Below are positions 55,141 through 64,000 of a DNA stretch of 64,000 nucleotides, in pieces. This DNA is from Spirosomataceae bacterium TFI 002 (GTDB lineage Bacteria > Bacteroidota > Bacteroidia > Cytophagales > Spirosomataceae): assembly GCA_900230115.1 (NCBI GenBank), contig LT907983.1, forward strand, positions 4,198,774 through 4,262,773. Direction: 5' to 3'. The position numbers and the translations under genes are program-made. Under the pieces are notes generated by a model. The model ran no database searches. It was not told where the DNA came from and saw nothing but the letters and a program-made list of their open reading frames with translations. Every line of letters begins with the position of its first letter. The first letter of the stretch is position 1.

Positions 55141-56226
55141 ATGAAGCTTCTATTACTTTTTGTAAACACGCTGTTGTATCTGAGTAATACTGTTGTACAA
55201 GATAAAACTTCGAGTGTGCACCTTCAAGGAAGTATCTGGGATGCCGAAATTGGGATTGACTTGGATACGAAGATTTATGGGATTATTAATTCTGAGAAAA
55301 TTGAATTGGGTTTTTCTAAAGTTCAACAACTTAACTTAGAGATCCCGACAAATGCGACCGAGCTAGTTTTTGAAACAGAAGGATATAAAACGTTGCATGT
55401 CCCAGTCTTTTTTCATGGACCATTTAAGAAGAGTACGCAAGTATATTTTAGTCTTCAAACTACGAAAGGAGAAGGGGTGATTGAAGAAAAAAATGGGTTA
55501 ATAATGGCAACACAATCATCTTCTTATACCGGAAATGCAATACATACTTTTTTTGAGTTCATAAATGAGAGATTCGTTTACAAAAGATCAATTTCCTCCA
55601 TCGTTAATGATACTCGTTTTAGTTGTAACATTAGTGTTCAAAAACAATCTTCTAATCAATTTAGAATTTTTGTAAATGTCGGCGATGAGTTTCCAATGAA
55701 CAAAAGGGATTTTAGAACTGGTGAAGGAATAAACATTGTCGATGTAAACTATTATCCTGAAGAAAGTGAGTTTGAAAGCGTAAAAACATCTTCAGAGGCA
55801 AGCGAAGAGCGTTATGCTGATATACCTCAAAAAGCAAATCAATCCCTAAATCTAGGAAAAATTGTTAACGAAGAGGATACCTTCGAAAATGTAAGTTCTG
55901 TTTTAGGGCTTAAGTCAATTTATTTTGAACAGAGCAAATTTGAACTCACAAATGAAGCTAAAATGGTTCTAGATGAAGTTATTGCTTTTTTGAAGGACAA
56001 TGAAAACAAGTCAATTTCGATTGAAGGATTTACGGATAATATTGGAGACCAATCGAAGAATATAATTCTCTCTCAGTATCGAGCTAAAGTAGTAGCTGGA
56101 TATTTAAAACAAAATGGAATAAATGAAGGTCGATTAAATTTGCTTTGGCAAAAGTCAATTAAAGCGGAGGAAAATAATACAACACTCAATAAGCTTAGAA
56201 GGGTTGAAATACGTAGTTTGGATTGA
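55141..56226 (+). CDS. OmpA-family protein (C-terminal OmpA peptidoglycan-binding domain)
   Basis: IEGFTDNIGDQSKNIILSQYRAKVVAGYL...RVEIR. Confidence 0.75.
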   Translation: MKLLLLFVNTLLYLSNTVVQDKTSSVHLQGSIWDAEIGIDLDTKIYGIINSEKIELGFSKVQQLNLEIPTNATELVFETEGYKTLHVPVFFHGPFKKSTQVYFSLQTTKGEGVIEEKNGLIMATQSSSYTGNAIHTFFEFINERFVYKRSISSIVNDTRFSCNISVQKQSSNQFRIFVNVGDEFPMNKRDFRTGEGINIVDVNYYPEESEFESVKTSSEASEERYADIPQKANQSLNLGKIVNEEDTFENVSSVLGLKSIYFEQSKFELTNEAKMVLDEVIAFLKDNENKSISIEGFTDNIGDQSKNIILSQYRAKVVAGYLKQNGINEGRLNLLWQKSIKAEENNTTLNKLRRVEIRSLD

Positions 56227-56304
56227 AATTAAACAAAGAACACCTCGTTGAATTCAATTTGGGATCTGTTTAATTTAGAAGCTTTTACCGCCTTGATAGT
56301 AAGC

Positions 56305-56796
56305 CTACCACAATCTCACGCCACCTTCTGCTCTTAATTTAAAATATGATTCTTCATTGAGAGAGCTTACGATCACACCTCGAGAGGTAGATGCATGAAT
56401 GAAGTGAACACCGTCATTGTCGTTTTTGACAACTATTCCCACATGTCCAATTGGGCTTTGGTAACTGCTGCTTTTTCGAAAGAAAATAAGATCACCAGCA
56501 GATAAATCTGAAACAGGAAGCTTGTAGCCGTTGTCCGGCAGGTTATAGCTCGCTTGGGTAAGTTCGTAGCCAAAATGATTGAAAACATAGCGAACAAAAC
56601 CTGAGCAATCGAAAGCACTCGGAGTGGTTCCACCGAATTGGTAAGGTGTACCTTTGAATTTTTTAGCATACTTCAATATGGCATTGATGTCTTTTTTTGG
56701 AAGTTCATTTGCCTGGAGTGAAAAAGAAGAAACTAAAAACGTAATAATTAAAGTTATTTGTAAGGATCGCATCGTAAATGGGAGTTTATTAATCAT
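56305..56796 (-). CDS. NlpC/P60 (C40) family peptidoglycan peptidase
   Basis: GTPYQFGGTTPSAFDCSGFVRYVF...GDLIFF...IGHVGIVV...FIHAST. Confidence 0.85.
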   Translation of the reverse strand: MINKLPFTMRSLQITLIITFLVSSFSLQANELPKKDINAILKYAKKFKGTPYQFGGTTPSAFDCSGFVRYVFNHFGYELTQASYNLPDNGYKLPVSDLSAGDLIFFRKSSSYQSPIGHVGIVVKNDNDGVHFIHASTSRGVIVSSLNEESYFKLRAEGGVRLW

Positions 56797-56889
56797 GCTA
56801 TTGCAAAACGCTTGCCAAAAGCTTTTGATTGTTTACTTCGGTGCTAAGTTTTGCTTAATTATCTTTGTGTTTTACTCAATAAGTCCCGC

Positions 56890-57753
56890 ATGACCCATAG
56901 TGTCAAAATATTAACGTTGCTTTTTTTTATAATGTCTATTAGTTCTTGTAACGCACAACCCAAGCATAGAACTGGGGAGTCGCTAACATTGAAAGAACTA
57001 CTGGTTGAAATTCGTGAAGAGACTATTTCTGAAGCCGAAGCAAGATTAGTTTTTGCTGAAATCGCCCAAAAACTGCAGGAACAATATCCTACACCAAAGC
57101 TCGACTCTGCCAATATGCAAATGGTTTTTCCGCTAAGAGGGAAAAACTACCGTGATGTAGGAGGGAAAGGTAGAGGTTTTTACGCTCGACTTTTTAATCT
57201 TTTTGATCACTCAATTAGTAGGAGTCACCCTGCACATGATATTTTCATTTACGATGTTAATCGTGATTTGAGGGACGACAATAATGGTGAATTTGTTGAT
57301 ATATTAGCTGTGAATGATGGTTTCGTAGTAGCTACAGAAACCAACTGGCAAGAAGGTGACGAATTCAAAGGTGGGAATTATGTATGGTTATACGACTTCA
57401 CCAATGGTGGACTGTGGTATTATGCCCACATGAGACAAGTATATGCTGTAGAAGGTCAGTTGGTAAAGGCAGGAGATAAGCTTGGAGAGGTAGGTCGTAC
57501 CGGGTTTAATGCAGAAAACCGTAGGTCGGATACTCATCTTCATTTGATGTTTTTGGCAATTGACGAAAATGGAAGTCCCAGACCTATAAATCATTACCCC
57601 TGGTTGAAAAAAGCAAAAACGGTTTATAAGACACAATTACCAACTCACTTTCCGAGAAAGAACTTTGACATTGGTTTAATAAAGCCCAATAATACTCCTG
57701 TTTATCTTCCTACAAATCTTGGGATGTTCGGATTGCCGTCACGCCTTTTTTAA
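56890..57753 (+). CDS. M23 family metallopeptidase lipoprotein
   Basis: Lipobox ISSC. HPAHDIF...GNYVWLYD...HLHLMF (HxxxD...HxH). Confidence 0.85.
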   Translation: MTHSVKILTLLFFIMSISSCNAQPKHRTGESLTLKELLVEIREETISEAEARLVFAEIAQKLQEQYPTPKLDSANMQMVFPLRGKNYRDVGGKGRGFYARLFNLFDHSISRSHPAHDIFIYDVNRDLRDDNNGEFVDILAVNDGFVVATETNWQEGDEFKGGNYVWLYDFTNGGLWYYAHMRQVYAVEGQLVKAGDKLGEVGRTGFNAENRRSDTHLHLMFLAIDENGSPRPINHYPWLKKAKTVYKTQLPTHFPRKNFDIGLIKPNNTPVYLPTNLGMFGLPSRLF

Positions 57754-58455
57754 GAAAAGTAAACTGATTATTGAAAAGACGAGGTAAAGGGTAATTAAAA
57801 GCGGTATGGCTACAAACTTTAAGCCTACTAGCGATATGAGTCCTACTAGTAAAAATCCGTAAATTAACTTATTGGTTTGCCATCCAAAGCCCTTAAACTT
57901 TAGTGATGCCATAGGAAGCTCCGAAATCATTAGTACCGATATTGCAATGGAGTATACGATCAAAAATGTCGGAGATAAAAAAAGCTCCGAATATGAAGAT
58001 TGATAAGTGCCTATCAGTACAAATGAGGCAACTACGATCGCATTAGATGGGGTTGGGAGGCCCAAGAATCCATTTGACTGCCTTGTGTCGATATTGAACT
58101 TTGCCAACCTTAGAGCGGATGCAAGAGCTGGTAGAATACTCACAAACACCCAAATATTAGGAGTTAGGCAAGTACTGCATTCTCTTGGTAAAACCTGATT
58201 AAGTAAATAGTACAAAATAAAACTTGGCAAAACTCCAAAACTCACCATGTCGGCAAGGGAATCTAGCTGTTTCCCTATTTCGCTAAATGAATTGAGTAAT
58301 CTCGCAAAAAAACCATCAAAAAAATCTAAAATCGCTGCTATAATAATCATGAATGCAGCAACTTCAATCTTATATGAAAAGATACACCATATACCAAGTA
58401 TCCCACAAGTGAGATTGGCAAGTGTAATCATATTTGGAATAGTGAATAGCTTCAT
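57739..58455 (-). CDS. CDP-alcohol phosphatidyltransferase (phosphatidylserine-synthase-like)
   Basis: DFFDGFFARLLN...GKQLDSLADMVSFG (the D..DG..AR...G...D...D motif). Confidence 0.75.
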   Translation of the reverse strand: MKLFTIPNMITLANLTCGILGIWCIFSYKIEVAAFMIIIAAILDFFDGFFARLLNSFSEIGKQLDSLADMVSFGVLPSFILYYLLNQVLPRECSTCLTPNIWVFVSILPALASALRLAKFNIDTRQSNGFLGLPTPSNAIVVASFVLIGTYQSSYSELFLSPTFLIVYSIAISVLMISELPMASLKFKGFGWQTNKLIYGFLLVGLISLVGLKFVAIPLLITLYLVFSIISLLFLKKA

Positions 58456-58461
58456 GCTTTA

Positions 58462-59091
58462 TCAAAAAAATGGGTTGTGTTCTTTCTCTTCTCCAATAGT
58501 AGTTTCGTCCATATGGCCTGCATACACCACGTAATCATCGGGTAAAGTGAAAAACTTATTTTTTATACTATTTATTAAAGCTTCGTGGCTACATCCTGGG
58601 AAGTCTGTTCGCCCAATACTACGTTTAAAAAGGCAATCGCCACCGATAATGTATCGCTCGGCATGGTTGATAAACGCCACATGACCTGGAGCGTGACCTG
58701 GAACGTGAATAATATCAAACTTCGTTGTTCCAAATTCGAAGGTATCTCCTTCGGCAAGAAATTCATCGGCCTCTACAGGTTCATAGCCAGGAATCCCCCA
58801 CATTTTGCATCTATTCTCTACATCGGCAAGAACTTGTAAATCATCCTTGTGAAGATACATTTTTACATCAAAAATACGTTTGACATAAGCACTTCCAAAA
58901 ACATGATCCAAGTGTGCGTGTGTTTGAAGTAAAGCTTTAACTTTAATATCATTTTCCACAACAAATGCTTTCAATGTTTCCTTTTCTGCCTGAGTGAGGC
59001 AACCAGGGTCAATTACAACCCCTTCCTTGGTTTCGTCGTATATAATATAGGTGTTTTCGGCAAGCGGAGAAAAAACGAATTTTTGAACCAT
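58462..59091 (-). CDS. MBL-fold metallo-hydrolase (hydroxyacylglutathione-hydrolase-like)
   Basis: THAHLDHV...HVPGHAPGHV. Confidence 0.8.
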   Translation of the reverse strand: MVQKFVFSPLAENTYIIYDETKEGVVIDPGCLTQAEKETLKAFVVENDIKVKALLQTHAHLDHVFGSAYVKRIFDVKMYLHKDDLQVLADVENRCKMWGIPGYEPVEADEFLAEGDTFEFGTTKFDIIHVPGHAPGHVAFINHAERYIIGGDCLFKRSIGRTDFPGCSHEALINSIKNKFFTLPDDYVVYAGHMDETTIGEEKEHNPFF

Positions 59092-59253
59092 AGTATGTTT
59101 ATAAAGAAGCCAAAATTAGTCAAAATTGTGGAATCTGAAGCTATGATTAGGAGGCAGCATTTTCAAGAACTTATGATGTTTTATTTTAAACCTTTTGATT
59201 TAGAAGTGGTTAGTTTATTAGAAATCTAACGAATTAATAGTAAGAAGACGAAA

Positions 59254-59793
59254 ATGGAAAAATGGGTTAAAATAGATATAGATGTTGAAGGAGTAGAGAA
59301 TCCTCCATGTTACGAGGTTTCCAACTTTGGAAGATTGAGGAGTTTTCAGAATGATCCACATGGAAAAATACTGAAAGGCTCAACAATTCAGGGTTACAAA
59401 TCTTTGAATATTAGACTTCCTCAAAAGAAGTCCTTCAATCGCTATGTACACAAACTGGTTGCCGATTTTTTTATCCTGAGACCAAGTGAAGAACACAAGT
59501 TTGTCATTCATTTAGATTTCGATAAGAAAAACAACCATTTCGAAAATCTCAAGTGGGTTACAAAAGAGGAAATGGTGGATCACAATAGAGTAAATCCTAA
59601 TGTAACCAATAGGCCTAGACCAGTGCATTCTAAAAACTATAAACTCAATGAGTCTAAAGTGAGAATTATTAAGAAAATGTTACAGTCAAATAATAATACA
59701 AGACTCAAAATGATTGCCAAGCAATTTGGAATCACTCATTCGCAGTTGAATAGAATTCGGTCTGGCGAAAATTGGGGACATGTAAAGCTCTAA
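59254..59793 (+). CDS. NUMOD4-motif HNH homing-endonuclease-like protein with a C-terminal HTH
   Basis: YEVSNFGRLRS (NUMOD4) and an HNH_3-like segment (YVHKLVADFF, ...H...). C-terminal LKMIAKQFGITHSQLNRIRSG helix-turn-helix. Confidence 0.65.
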   Translation: MEKWVKIDIDVEGVENPPCYEVSNFGRLRSFQNDPHGKILKGSTIQGYKSLNIRLPQKKSFNRYVHKLVADFFILRPSEEHKFVIHLDFDKKNNHFENLKWVTKEEMVDHNRVNPNVTNRPRPVHSKNYKLNESKVRIIKKMLQSNNNTRLKMIAKQFGITHSQLNRIRSGENWGHVKL

Positions 59794-59795
59794 GA

Positions 59796-62700
59796 TTAGA
59801 TTGAAAGAGGGATATCGACGTAGAAGGTTGTTCCAAGATCTTCTTCAGTTTCGAACCAAATATTTCCTCCTCCGTGTTCAATACCTCTTTTTGCCATGGC
59901 AAGTCCAAGGCCTGAGCCACCAACTTTAGTACTGAAGTTAGGGATAAATACCTTTTTGCGGATATCTTCTGGTATTCCGCTACCATTGTCTTTAACTTCA
60001 ATTACTGCATATTTCTCCTCCTCATTGCGGTACATTTTTATGTGAATGCAAGGTAGGCGGGTAGGGGGTACAGACTGAATCCCATTTATAATAAGGTTGG
60101 TAACGACTCTATTGATTAACTGACGGTCACTTCTTATTCTGATTTCATCTTCTGGAGCCTCTATTTTAATTTCAATGTTATTGTTTTGAGCATATAAATA
60201 GGCGGTTTTACGCACTATTTCAATCATGTTGAAAACCTCGCTTCTAGGAACGGGCATTTTAGCAAATTCACTAAACGAGTTAGCAATTTCACTGATGTTG
60301 TCAATTTGCTCTGTTAATGAACTCAATGCTCTTTCAATTCTTTTTCTTGAATCGGCATCAATAGAAGGCAATGTTCTTTGCAATTGCTGGATTGAAAGCT
60401 TCATTGGTGTCAATGGATTTTTAATCTCATGGGCAACTTGCTTTGCCATTTCTCTCCAAGCAGACTGTTTCTCACTTTGAGAAAGTGCGTCTTTACTCTC
60501 TTCGAGCTTTAAAATCATTTTATTATACGACTTCGTTAGCACGCCAATCTCATCATCACTATTCCACTCCAATGGCTCATTGAGCTTATCAAGGTTTGTT
60601 CTTCTTAGCTTTTGCGTGATAAGACTCAGTGGGTGTGTAAGTTGATTAGAAGCAAAGTAAGAAATGATCATTAAAAGGATAAAGAGCAAGATAAATACAC
60701 TCAAAATCGTATTTACGACTTCAGATACTTGATCATCCAATGCGGTTTTAGCATCGAAAAATGGAATGCTAATTACTCCTAAACTTCCGTTTTTACGATC
60801 TCTTACATTTACATAGGCTGCTCTATATTTCAGGTCGCCTAATGATTCATTAAGCAAAATATCACTTTCATGATTCTCTATGATTTTTTTGAATGCATCT
60901 GGATTGATATAGCGTGAAAGTAAAAAGTAGTCGTAAATAAGTGGCCTAGTGGTAAAGTCCAACTTGCCGTTATTGTCAAAGTAATTGATGTCTACATTGG
61001 TTTCTCTAGCAAGTTCATTCATCTCTTGCTCAAAAAACGCCCTGCTCATCTTTTGGTTTTTATAGCTTTCTAGGTGAAGCTGAATTGTAGATGTAGTGTT
61101 TTTTGTGTTTTCAAGATAGAATTTCTCTTGCACTTTCATGAGTGTGGAGCGAATTACACTCAAGGTAATAACGATTACCAGTATCAACGGAAGCAAGAAT
61201 GCAGCATTCAAATAAAGCTGAATCTTGGTTGAGAAATTCATGTTCAGCCTTTTTAGGCCGTATCTCAGTCCATATAGCAATATGACGAGAGAAATCACAA
61301 CTACCGAAATCAAGAATAGAAAAGAGAAATCTGATAGTAATTTTTTCCAAAGGTCGTTTTTAGAGGAGACAATGATATATCGGTCGTTTACTCCTTGCAC
61401 GACCACATGGCTGTAATCAGCGACTTTAAAACTTTTTCTATTGTAGCTTTTAAAGTCTATACCTTGATTTTGTAGTTTATCATAATTGAATGAACCGTAA
61501 CTAAACAATATTTCATCGTCCGAATTGTATATGCCATAGCTGTAGTTTTTGTTGACTGTTGGCTGAATCAACTTTTTATCCATTAATAGTTCAGGATATA
61601 CACTTTCTTTATAGTCATCTTTATGTTTAAAATCCAGCACAATAGTGGAGTTGTTTGCAGGGACATCAACAAAGACCACGTATTGTTTAATGAAATCATT
61701 CCCCACATCATCAATAAAGAAAATGTTAGGGTTGTCCGTAACATAATCTTGTCTTTTGTATCGCTCGTTTAATACTGAAAGGTTTATGTGCTCCTGATCA
61801 GAATTTAAGTTTTCACCATTTTGGTTAAATACTTGAATGTCAGTGTCGTACTTGTCAAAATATAAATCTAAGTGATTGCTTCTAATGAGTTGATTGGTAG
61901 CTTCAAGTGCTAGTTTGTCTCTACCGGCAGCAAGTCCAATAAGTTCGTCTTTTTGGATGTTTTCAGCCATTCTTACCATGAGTCCTTCTCCAAGGAAGTC
62001 ATTTTCGGCAAGGTATTTTTTACCAAAAGCTTGTTTGTCGAATACCTCTTTTTTCGCCTCTTCTATTCTAATTACCTCAACAGCAATAAGCGTAAATACA
62101 AAAGCACCAATAAAGAAATAGATAGATGTTTTATACCTGAAATTGTAAAAAAACCTAGGGAGCTTGAAAAAGTAAGCGATTAAGAAATACAACCCTACCA
62201 CAAGGTAGATCCATGAAAACATGTTAAGTATGAGTAAAATGGCAGAAACCATTACGACACCATAAACCCAATGAAAGAACCCCTTTATTCTATCCTTATT
62301 TAGTCTGTAAAATATACTAATAAGTACATGTAGGCTCAGGAAAAAGAGCATACATAAAACTATGAAAAAGGCCAAAACCCCAATTTTGAGATTGGAATAA
62401 CTAACACTTAAAGAATAGTCTAATAGGTATTCCGATTTTTCATAAATATTTGTAAGACTCTTAAAGCAATAATATGTGATAAAGCAGGCAACGGCTACTA
62501 AGATAACCGATACAATGCTTTTAACAGGTTTGCTAGCTTTCAGTAAATTGCGATATAAGTTTGATTGGTAATAATAGATACTAAAATAAAGCACAACTGC
62601 TCCAACACAAAGGGCATTTACAATCAAGTCTCCTAAAGAAGGAGCCATGGCATTTATACCAAAATATTTCGGGTTGAAAAGGTCACTTTCCGTGAATAGG

Positions 62701-63506
62701 AATGGAATACTGTTTGCAAGTGTGAACCATCGGAATGTAAGCAAATAGCCTATAAGGAGCCCTAAGCCAAGCAAAGTGCGTTTACCTTCAACTAATTTTG
62801 CAAGAATGTAAATAAGGTATAGGCCAAGTACAATTAGCAAACATATTAGGATCAGTAAAGTATTGGACGGGATAGTTGTGCTGCGAAGCTTTTCAAGGCT
62901 TGGAGGTTCAATTGAAAAGATAAATCGCCCATTTTCGTCCGAAATGTTAAGGTTGATCTTATCATTTGCGGTGTTTTTTAAACTTGCAGGTGCAATGGAA
63001 AAGATTTGCTCGTTATATCCCGATTTTAGATATTCGTTTTCGTTTTGGTATTTGGTGTAGAGCGGAATTAAACCAAAGACTTCCACTTTGCTTTGTCTGT
63101 GCTTGAATTCTAACCTACAAGCAAGGTTAATCTTATTATTACTCGTAATTACTTTGCATTCATAGTTTCCTGCAAGGTCTCGGTAAGATGGAGTGTATCT
63201 ATGGTCTGACCAGTAAACGAGCTTTCCGTCTTCAAAAACGTAGAAAGGATATTTTGTATTCTCTGGAAAAACCGAAAAGTCTACTTTTTCACTCTGTTGA
63301 TATTTTAAGCCTGCTTCAGTGATTTCTCTTCGCAAAAAAGTGAGCTCTTCTGTGATGTTTTCTTGTATTTGCGAAGTGTATTGCTGTTCAGTGGCAGTAG
63401 GTGCGTTTTGCTCAAATACCCAATAATTTACCCCAGCAGACACCGCCAGGATGCCAGATAGGAGTAAAAAGAAATACTTTGAGAGCCACTTTTTTATCAT
63501 TTCCAT
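59796..63506 (-). CDS. Large multi-TM sensor histidine kinase (1236 aa). No receiver domain
   Basis: HisKA H-box AKQVAHEIKNPLTPM. HATPase_c segments VTNLIINGIQ...DNGSGIPEDIRKKVFIPNFSTK..GSGLGLAMAK. About 10 hydrophobic helices and three extracytoplasmic segments. Confidence 0.85.
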   Translation of the reverse strand: MEMIKKWLSKYFFLLLSGILAVSAGVNYWVFEQNAPTATEQQYTSQIQENITEELTFLRREITEAGLKYQQSEKVDFSVFPENTKYPFYVFEDGKLVYWSDHRYTPSYRDLAGNYECKVITSNNKINLACRLEFKHRQSKVEVFGLIPLYTKYQNENEYLKSGYNEQIFSIAPASLKNTANDKINLNISDENGRFIFSIEPPSLEKLRSTTIPSNTLLILICLLIVLGLYLIYILAKLVEGKRTLLGLGLLIGYLLTFRWFTLANSIPFLFTESDLFNPKYFGINAMAPSLGDLIVNALCVGAVVLYFSIYYYQSNLYRNLLKASKPVKSIVSVILVAVACFITYYCFKSLTNIYEKSEYLLDYSLSVSYSNLKIGVLAFFIVLCMLFFLSLHVLISIFYRLNKDRIKGFFHWVYGVVMVSAILLILNMFSWIYLVVGLYFLIAYFFKLPRFFYNFRYKTSIYFFIGAFVFTLIAVEVIRIEEAKKEVFDKQAFGKKYLAENDFLGEGLMVRMAENIQKDELIGLAAGRDKLALEATNQLIRSNHLDLYFDKYDTDIQVFNQNGENLNSDQEHINLSVLNERYKRQDYVTDNPNIFFIDDVGNDFIKQYVVFVDVPANNSTIVLDFKHKDDYKESVYPELLMDKKLIQPTVNKNYSYGIYNSDDEILFSYGSFNYDKLQNQGIDFKSYNRKSFKVADYSHVVVQGVNDRYIIVSSKNDLWKKLLSDFSFLFLISVVVISLVILLYGLRYGLKRLNMNFSTKIQLYLNAAFLLPLILVIVITLSVIRSTLMKVQEKFYLENTKNTTSTIQLHLESYKNQKMSRAFFEQEMNELARETNVDINYFDNNGKLDFTTRPLIYDYFLLSRYINPDAFKKIIENHESDILLNESLGDLKYRAAYVNVRDRKNGSLGVISIPFFDAKTALDDQVSEVVNTILSVFILLFILLMIISYFASNQLTHPLSLITQKLRRTNLDKLNEPLEWNSDDEIGVLTKSYNKMILKLEESKDALSQSEKQSAWREMAKQVAHEIKNPLTPMKLSIQQLQRTLPSIDADSRKRIERALSSLTEQIDNISEIANSFSEFAKMPVPRSEVFNMIEIVRKTAYLYAQNNNIEIKIEAPEDEIRIRSDRQLINRVVTNLIINGIQSVPPTRLPCIHIKMYRNEEEKYAVIEVKDNGSGIPEDIRKKVFIPNFSTKVGGSGLGLAMAKRGIEHGGGNIWFETEEDLGTTFYVDIPLSI

Positions 63507-63545
63507 GTTAGGATTTCAGTAGAGAAAAGGAAAAAACCGTGCCAA

Positions 63546-63824
63546 CTAATCTATAGAAACCTTGAAAATTGGTACTTTTCCATTATGTTCTACACTTACC
63601 TTAGACCCAATGACATACATGAGGTGTTTCTGAGCAATTACAACGGGAATTTGATCAATTTCCATAATTTCATCCTTTTCACCTGCTTTATCTAGCCCAA
63701 AAATAACGGTGCCTTCACATGCACTTCCTTTGATACCTAACCTCACGCGTATGTTTGCAGGTATTTCAGCGGAGGCTAAAACTCTCAATATCTCTTCTTT
63801 TGCTTCCTTACTGAACTCAATCAT
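63546..63824 (-). CDS. Small hypothetical protein (weak HesB/IscA-like resemblance)
   Basis: RVRLGIKGSACEGTVIFGLD recalls the HesB core but lacks the C-terminal Cys pair. Confidence 0.35.
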   Translation of the reverse strand: MIEFSKEAKEEILRVLASAEIPANIRVRLGIKGSACEGTVIFGLDKAGEKDEIMEIDQIPVVIAQKHLMYVIGSKVSVEHNGKVPIFKVSID

Positions 63825-64000
63825 AAATCAAAATTAAAACTATATATGCAAAAGGTTTTTAAGCAAGCTAAGAATGTTGTAAAATTGGGCTCAACTTTAA
63901 CGTTTCAATGAAGCTAGATAATCTCGGTGACTTCCTAATCATTCTAATTCCAGCTGGGCTAGTGCTCGTGGGGATGTATTTATTAATGCGTTCCTTCTTG

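Overview
AT-rich chromosomal segment from a Bacteroidota organism, probably Cytophagia- or Sphingobacteriia-like. The phylum call rests on a T9SS type-A C-terminal sorting domain (16736-16978), Bacteroidetes-style lipoprotein and signal peptides, SprB-type repeats, GTG/TTG start codons and little Shine-Dalgarno usage. The first 17 kb is a same-strand cluster of three large secreted cell-surface proteins. It opens with a giant 3962-aa SprB-repeat/Ig-repeat adhesin-like protein. The three proteins share domains pairwise, but only the third carries a canonical T9SS C-terminal domain. The rest of the window is mostly housekeeping and accessory metabolism. It includes an hslU with no hslV, a norspermidine/spermidine (carboxynorspermidine) pathway pair, threonine aldolase, MsrA, kynureninase and a GH5 glycosidase. 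It also holds an NfeD-flotillin pair, a GntR-controlled acid-sugar catabolic operon, a cytochrome-c/PQQ sugar dehydrogenase, a tail-fibre-like protein with an S74 chaperone domain and PfkA. Downstream come divergent peptidoglycan hydrolases, a stand-alone NUMOD4-HNH endonuclease and a 1236-aa multi-TM sensor histidine kinase. I found no rRNA, tRNA, CRISPR array, transposase or integrase. Non-coding features of note are a three-copy ~837-bp super-repeat inside the giant gene, a degenerate ~115-bp tandem repeat at about 32.9-33.1 kb, a GC-rich palindromic island at about 35.36-35.46 kb, and two perfect 15-bp palindromes in a divergent promoter at about 45.0 kb.
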